Virus record (IMG/VR): IMGVR_UViG_3300024294_000002
DNA: 7,617 nucleotides
Direction: 5' to 3' (one strand)
Origin: a virus
Shown here: in pieces, positions 4,039 through 7,617 of the stretch
How the letters are laid out: each line of letters opens with the position of its first letter
Position numbering within the stretch: the first letter of the stretch is position 1
Made by a program: the position numbers and the translations under genes
The notes under the pieces: model-generated
What the model was told of the DNA's origin: nothing
Databases searched by the model: none
Seen by the model: only the letters and a program-made list of their open reading frames with translations

Positions 4039-5394
4039 TTATGCCTCCAAGAAAACGCGAACAGCCGCCAATGCCCATATAGCAAGCATGACGTAATAAA
4101 GCGGGTCAAATAGATCAGCGTTCTGACAGACCCAGTTAAACGAGATAGAGCCGATAACCGGGATAGTTGCACTACCGAAGTTGCAAGAGCCGCCCGATGG
4201 CATAGCAATACCCTGAACAGCGGCGAACACTGGTGAGTTGCCGGCCCTTGAGTAGAACGAACTCAGGGATTCGCCGAAGCCTGGCACATCGTCATTACCC
4301 GGAAGGTCGCCACCGCCCTCCTGATCATCGCCATCGCCGGAGCCAGAACCGCCACCGCCGCCGCCACCGCCGCCCTTGCCATCCTCACCACATTTAGCAC
4401 CCTTGCAAGAAACTTCGACCTTAGTTGTAGTACCTGAGCCATCAGTCTTTGTAGTAGTGGTAGTAGTGGTCGTAGTAGTGGTGCAATTATCGTTGTTGCC
4501 GGTGCACTTTGTCTCCGTATGAACATCAGTCTTTACGGTAGTTTTGCCGCCATCGGCTTCGGGCGTTTCAGTTACTTCTGTTTGAATCTTTGTTTCGTCC
4601 CTCTTTGCCTCTTTGGGAAAGCACTTGACTTGCTCACTACCAGCAGGCCCAGCCGTTCCGCAATTCTGGCCCTGCTGTTCAACTTCTTTGCTAGACATAC
4701 AGTGAGAGCGGCCCTCAGCATCCTGAACATAGATACAAGGCTCCTCATTGTTAGTCACTTCTGGTTCCTCCTCGCGAACAGTTGGCGAAGAATCGACGGA
4801 AGTAGGCCCCGCCGTGCATTGCTCACCAGTAAAAAACGCACGACCAGAACAAGAGTAACGATTAGCGGAAATTGTGAAAACACACGATTGATTCAAAAAA
4901 GCAGTACACCCGCCTAGACATGCAACGTCAGGAGTAACACCCATGTTTTTTCCGCCAACATTGACAGTGTCATAAAAGCCATCACCACGGGAGCCGGTCT
5001 TACTAAAAGGCTCATCTTGACCGACTTTATCTTGGCAGGAGTTTTCTGGCTCTTGAGGCGCTTCGCATTCGCCGGTTTGAGAGTTATAAGTCGCGGGATC
5101 AGTACAGCCATCACCGTAACGTGACGTAATTTGAGAGCTATAAGTAGCGCCACTACCGAGAAGAAGAACGCATCTATAATTAGTGTCGTTTACTTTATCA
5201 ATCCGCAAAGAAAAATTAGTTGATGGTGCCAACTCCTGATTAGCCATCAAATAAGCATTACAGGCTGAAGAAATAGATGAATATTTACCTCCCAGCATTG
5301 ACCAATAATAATCCTCAGCAACTGAGGCGGCAGAATAAAAACCCGACGAAACAATCAGCAAAAACAGCGCGATATGATTTTGAAGTTTGCGCAT
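4039..5394 (-). CDS. gIII-like adsorption / minor coat protein, 451 aa from the ATG at 5394
   Basis: It has a signal-peptide-like N-terminus (MRKLQNHIALFLLIVSSGFYSAASVA/EDYYW) and a Cys-rich N-terminal region. A T10 run and a G8-SGSGDGDD linker follow, and a C-terminal TM anchor (YYVMLAIWALAAVRVFLEA). The track's TTG start at 5418 is an alternative. Confidence 0.8.
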   Translation of the reverse strand: MRKLQNHIALFLLIVSSGFYSAASVAEDYYWSMLGGKYSSISSACNAYLMANQELAPSTNFSLRIDKVNDTNYRCVLLLGSGATYSSQITSRYGDGCTDPATYNSQTGECEAPQEPENSCQDKVGQDEPFSKTGSRGDGFYDTVNVGGKNMGVTPDVACLGGCTAFLNQSCVFTISANRYSCSGRAFFTGEQCTAGPTSVDSSPTVREEEPEVTNNEEPCIYVQDAEGRSHCMSSKEVEQQGQNCGTAGPAGSEQVKCFPKEAKRDETKIQTEVTETPEADGGKTTVKTDVHTETKCTGNNDNCTTTTTTTTTTTKTDGSGTTTKVEVSCKGAKCGEDGKGGGGGGGGGSGSGDGDDQEGGGDLPGNDDVPGFGESLSSFYSRAGNSPVFAAVQGIAMPSGGSCNFGSATIPVIGSISFNWVCQNADLFDPLYYVMLAIWALAAVRVFLEA

Positions 5395-5482
5395 ATCACC
5401 AACCCCAAAAAACAACACAGGCAGTTATGCCGCCGAGAAACAAAAAAACTACCTCATACAATTCCGGCATAGTTCACCTCGA

Positions 5483-5510
5483 ATAAAAAAGGAGGCCGAA
5501 GCCCCCTTTC
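5483..5510 (-). terminator. Rho-independent terminator downstream of the major coat gene
   Basis: The minus strand reads AAAGGGGGC-TTCG-GCCTCCTTTTTTAT. This gives a 6-bp GC-rich stem with one G-U pair, a UUCG-type tetraloop and a T6 tract. It lies about 20 nt after the coat stop codon, analogous to the terminator after gVIII in Ff phages. Confidence 0.75.
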
Positions 5511-5524
5511 TGGTTATGCCGGGA

Positions 5525-5659
5525 TTAGCGGCGAATCACCGACAGCAGCAGAGTGGCGCCTTTGATTGCCACGTAAGCCACAGCCAACAGGCCTGCAATG
5601 GTGCCGATGCCGGTAGCGATAGCAGCGAAATCGACGTTTGCGAGTACGGCTTCAACCAT
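5525..5659 (-). CDS. Major coat protein (gVIII-like), 44 aa, apparently without a signal peptide
   Basis: My own translation is MVEAVLANVDFAAIATGIGTIAGLLAVAYVAIKGATLLLSVIRR. It has an acidic N-terminus, a hydrophobic core and a basic C-terminus. AAGGGG lies 8 nt upstream of the ATG. An in-frame stop upstream at 5674-5672 makes this the only possible start. The ORF is followed by the terminator and is too short for the ORF track. Confidence 0.8.
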   Translation of the reverse strand: MVEAVLANVDFAAIATGIGTIAGLLAVAYVAIKGATLLLSVIRR

Positions 5660-5891
5660 GAGATTTACCCCTTATTGCGTTAAGTAGAGCCTTGGCGCCA
5701 AGCCCCACGCTGATGGGCACGGCACAGACCGTGAACCCAGCAGCGAAGGCCTTGGCCAGGGCGGAAAAGTCCAACGTTTCGACGTTGAACGGCTCAGGCA
5801 TGGGATAAAGCATCCACAAGCCGGAACACGATGGAGCGCCGTCAGCGAGGATGCTGACAGTGCCCTGGCATACGAGCGTTACGAGATCCAT
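5652..5891 (-). CDS. Small membrane protein, 79 aa; possible minor virion or assembly protein
   Basis: The ATG at 5891 overlaps the upstream stop (TGATG). The C-terminal hydrophobic segment is FSALAKAFAAGFTVCAVPISVGLGA. The 3' end overlaps the coat start by 8 nt. Confidence 0.55.
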   Translation of the reverse strand: MDLVTLVCQGTVSILADGAPSCSGLWMLYPMPEPFNVETLDFSALAKAFAAGFTVCAVPISVGLGAKALLNAIRGKSHG

Positions 5892-6097
5892 CAAACAGCC
5901 TCACCAGGGAGACACTGGCCCCGCTCAGCGAACCAGCAGCCAGGCTGGCCACAAGAACAGATCGAGGCCGAATGACAGTCATCGCACACGCGAAAATCAG
6001 GCGCCGGAAGCAAGTCAGGAGCGCATGCAGGCTGATTCCAAAGCTGGCCCAGGAAGGTGCCGCAAAGGTCGCAGAAGCAACGGTCTAGAACGATCAT
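5891..6097 (-). CDS. Cys-rich 68-aa protein (10 Cys; CxCxxC, CxxC and CxC...C clusters); possible zinc-binding protein
   Basis: It sits inside the co-directional operon. Its stop is coupled to the next start. The sequence is MIVLDRCFCDLCGTFLGQLWNQPACAPDLLPAPDFRVCDDCHSASICSCGQPGCWF... Confidence 0.45.
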   Translation of the reverse strand: MIVLDRCFCDLCGTFLGQLWNQPACAPDLLPAPDFRVCDDCHSASICSCGQPGCWFAERGQCLPGEAV

Positions 6098-6110
6098 GGC
6101 GCCCTACCCC

Positions 6111-6476
6111 TTAGCTGGCCGCAGCGGCAGGCTTAGGCTGCTGCTGGGCGGCTGCTGGTGCTACAGCAGGACGCTCGCGGGTGACTTCCTGCAAGCGGAG
6201 CGGGATGCCCTGGAGCGAATAGCGAATGCGGGATTTGCCGTTGTAGTCGTCAATCTCATCCGAGTACGGAGCGAAAACCTCGGAGCCGATCAAGCTGCGG
6301 TAGGCGTTGTGCAAGCCTTCCTTAAACTGGTTACCGGCAACCATGAATTTGACCAGGTGAGTCTGGTCGAAGCCGTCACGATCCTGGCTGACCGCCTCGA
6401 TGCCGACCAAGGCCCAAGGCTTAGCTTCAGTACCTTTAGTGACAACGCCTTTGACGAAGCCGCGCAAAATTTTCAT
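6111..6476 (-). CDS. Putative ssDNA-binding protein in the gV position, 121 aa with an Ala/Pro/Gln-rich tail
   Basis: GGAGAA lies 6 nt upstream of the ATG, and an ATGA overlap links it to the upstream ORF. The call rests on size and synteny (after rep, before the coat genes). I recognise no sequence motif, so the function is positional inference only. Confidence 0.4.
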   Translation of the reverse strand: MKILRGFVKGVVTKGTEAKPWALVGIEAVSQDRDGFDQTHLVKFMVAGNQFKEGLHNAYRSLIGSEVFAPYSDEIDDYNGKSRIRYSLQGIPLRLQEVTRERPAVAPAAAQQQPKPAAAAS

Positions 6477-6778
6477 GGGTAGTTCTCCTGTGGATAGCCG
6501 AAAGCAGCACCCAACCAGGGCGTGCCAGTGAAAGAGTCTTCAGGGATCAAGCGACCGTATTTCTTGAACGAATCGACGAGCAGCCAATAGGCGTTGTCGC
6601 GCTCCGGTACCGGCAGCGGCGCCGGTGGTTTGGGTGGGCCGAAGACGAGCGGGAAACGAGCATTCAACTCGTCAGGATAGGCGATGTTGTAAGCAGCAGG
6701 CCGAACGAGATGTTGCAGCGCGAGGCGACGGCGCTGGCTGGCAGAGAGCTGGAGGCCCTGATGACTGACGGTTTTCAA
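6473..6778 (-). CDS. Hypothetical 101-aa protein with a Pro-rich centre
   Basis: The TTG start at 6778 lies 4 nt after AGGAGG and overlaps the upstream stop (TTGA). It is the only open frame consistent with the operon. There is no internal ATG alternative. Confidence 0.5.
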   Translation of the reverse strand: MKTVSHQGLQLSASQRRRLALQHLVRPAAYNIAYPDELNARFPLVFGPPKPPAPLPVPERDNAYWLLVDSFKKYGRLIPEDSFTGTPWLGAAFGYPQENYP

Positions 6779-6948
6779 GAGACCTCCTGTGCGGGCTGGC
6801 CAGGTTGAGAATCAGACTCTTGGTCGCTGAAGCGCTCGATGCATTCGCGGCAAAGAAAGACCTCTTCACCGTCGAAGGGCGAAGCGGTAAGGAGCAGAAC
6901 GTCGAACTGGTTACAGCAGGCGCAGACAGATTCAGAAGTCCAGTTCAT
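6775..6948 (-). CDS. Small zinc-ribbon-like protein, 57 aa (CxCC ... CxxC)
   Basis: My own translation is MNWTSESVCACCNQFDVLLLTASPFDGEEVFLCRECIERFSDQESDSQPGQPAQEVS. The ATG at 6948 overlaps the rep stop (ATGA). The ORF is below the track cutoff. Confidence 0.5.
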   Translation of the reverse strand: MNWTSESVCACCNQFDVLLLTASPFDGEEVFLCRECIERFSDQESDSQPGQPAQEVS

Positions 6949-7617
6949 GTGGCCACCAGTTGCAGATGACGCGGAACGACCGCGTGCCGGTAGAACTCAG
7001 GCACCTGGGCGGCGAAGGTGACTTCGACCTCGCGCACGTTGCGAGTGAAGGTGAAGACGGTGCCGTGGCGGGTCTGGTCGTAGGGGACCTTGATATCAAT
7101 GTTCAGCTGACGAAGGCGCGCACGGTGCGTCTTGACGGCTGATTTTTCAAAGTCGAAGGCCTGGCCAGCACGCCACAGAGACACGTATTGCGACGTGGTG
7201 TAGGCCGACTTGGTGTTCTTGCAGATGCCTTCGGCAACGAGCTGTTGCGCAATGGTCAGTTCGTCGTAGTTGGTCACTTCCAGTCGGTTGCCGACCATAA
7301 GAAACCCCTTGTGGATTTCCACTAACTTGGATTCGTCAAAAAGGCCCCAGAACGAGAGGCCCTCCCTCTTCAAAAACTCCGATCTGCACTTGATTTCGGA
7401 GCGAACCATGCCGACCGAGGCACACCAGTCGCGCAGGTCCCGGACGTACCGGAATTCGTCAGATTCTTCACCGAACGTGCGTTTCACCTTGGGCAAGAGG
7501 TGCGCGTCGAGTTCGGCGGCTTTGGCGTAGTTGCCCGGGTAAACCAAGCGGCCGGCCTTCTCGCCGCCCTTGGGTGTCCAAACGCAGGTATTGCCGTCCG
7601 GGTAAAGATAAGCAATC
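6945..7617 (-). CDS. Replication initiation protein, C-terminal part; continues upstream into 128-585 through the circular junction
   Basis: This is the same frame as the 1-585 segment. The track's 200-aa ORF (TTG at 7547) is only the window-limited piece. The stop is TGA at 6947-6945. Confidence 0.85.
   Translation of the reverse strand, partial: IAYLYPDGNTCVWTPKGGEKAGRLVYPGNYAKAAELDAHLLPKVKRTFGEESDEFRYVRDLRDWCASVGMVRSEIKCRSEFLKREGLSFWGLFDESKLVEIHKGFLMVGNRLEVTNYDELTIAQQLVAEGICKNTKSAYTTSQYVSLWRAGQAFDFEKSAVKTHRARLRQLNIDIKVPYDQTRHGTVFTFTRNVREVEVTFAAQVPEFYRHAVVPRHLQLVAT
7491..7617. repeat. Terminal overlap copy 2, identical to 1-127
   Basis: Same comparison as for copy 1. The minus-strand rep frame at 7616 is in phase with the frame starting at 585 (585-126 = 459, which is 153 codons). 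Confidence 0.9.

Larger units (their letters stand above)
1..7490. mobile_element. Complete circular filamentous-phage (inovirus-like) genome, one unit of 7,490 bp
   Basis: The gene order is canonical for inoviruses: rep, small ORFs, ssDNA-binding candidate, small coat, gIII-like, gVI-like, Zot/pI. All of these are on one strand with overlapping stop/start codons. The window ends overlap exactly (1-127 = 7491-7617), and the rep ORF reads in frame through that junction. Confidence 0.85.

Noticed and set aside
4263-5153. ORFs 4263-4526(-), 4519-4917(+) and 4914-5153(-) within the gIII-like gene
   Set aside because: They are alternative frames of the repetitive linker and Cys-rich domain. The 451-aa frame has a signal peptide, linkers and a C-terminal anchor, and it accounts for the region.
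5395-5418. TTG start at 5418 for the gIII-like protein, as in the ORF track
   Set aside because: It adds MLFFGVGD ahead of a canonical signal peptide that begins at the ATG at 5394. I prefer the ATG, but cannot exclude the TTG because neither start has a strong Shine-Dalgarno sequence.
5851-6482. Plus-strand ORFs 5851-6114 and 6057-6482; also 6672-6869(-) and the plus-strand ORFs at 6839-7021, 6960-7142 and 7270-7530
   Set aside because: They are antisense to, or out of frame with, the tightly coupled minus-strand operon. They have no start context, and their composition is typical of shadow frames.

Overview
This window is one complete, circularly permuted genome of a filamentous (Inoviridae-like) phage. 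Bases 1-127 are identical to 7491-7617, so the unit length is 7,490 bp. The window's minus strand carries a tightly coupled inovirus core operon: a gpII/CRI-type replication initiator that wraps across the window ends, three small ORFs of which two are Cys-rich, a putative ssDNA-binding protein, a small membrane protein, a 44-aa leaderless major coat protein absent from the ORF track, a hairpin terminator, a gIII-like adsorption protein with Thr- and Gly-rich linkers, a gVI-like protein and a Zot/pI assembly ATPase. I found no integrase and no pIV secretin. Two inverted dif-like XerC/D sites lie just downstream of zot and look like the attP. The opposite strand holds the accessory and regulatory part. 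A ribbon-helix-helix protein, also missing from the track, sits divergent from rep across a promoter region with two 14-bp operator repeats. A two-gene operon (77 aa plus 195 aa) follows three iterons and a perfect TATAAT. The 195-aa protein has an AT-hook, a bZIP-like basic region and a long coiled coil. The 10-bp palindrome GTTACGTAAC occurs three times, and its half-site CGTTACG is strongly enriched around this module. This protein-plus-site set is the most interesting candidate for an undescribed regulatory system. All functional calls come from reading the sequence by eye, without any database search.
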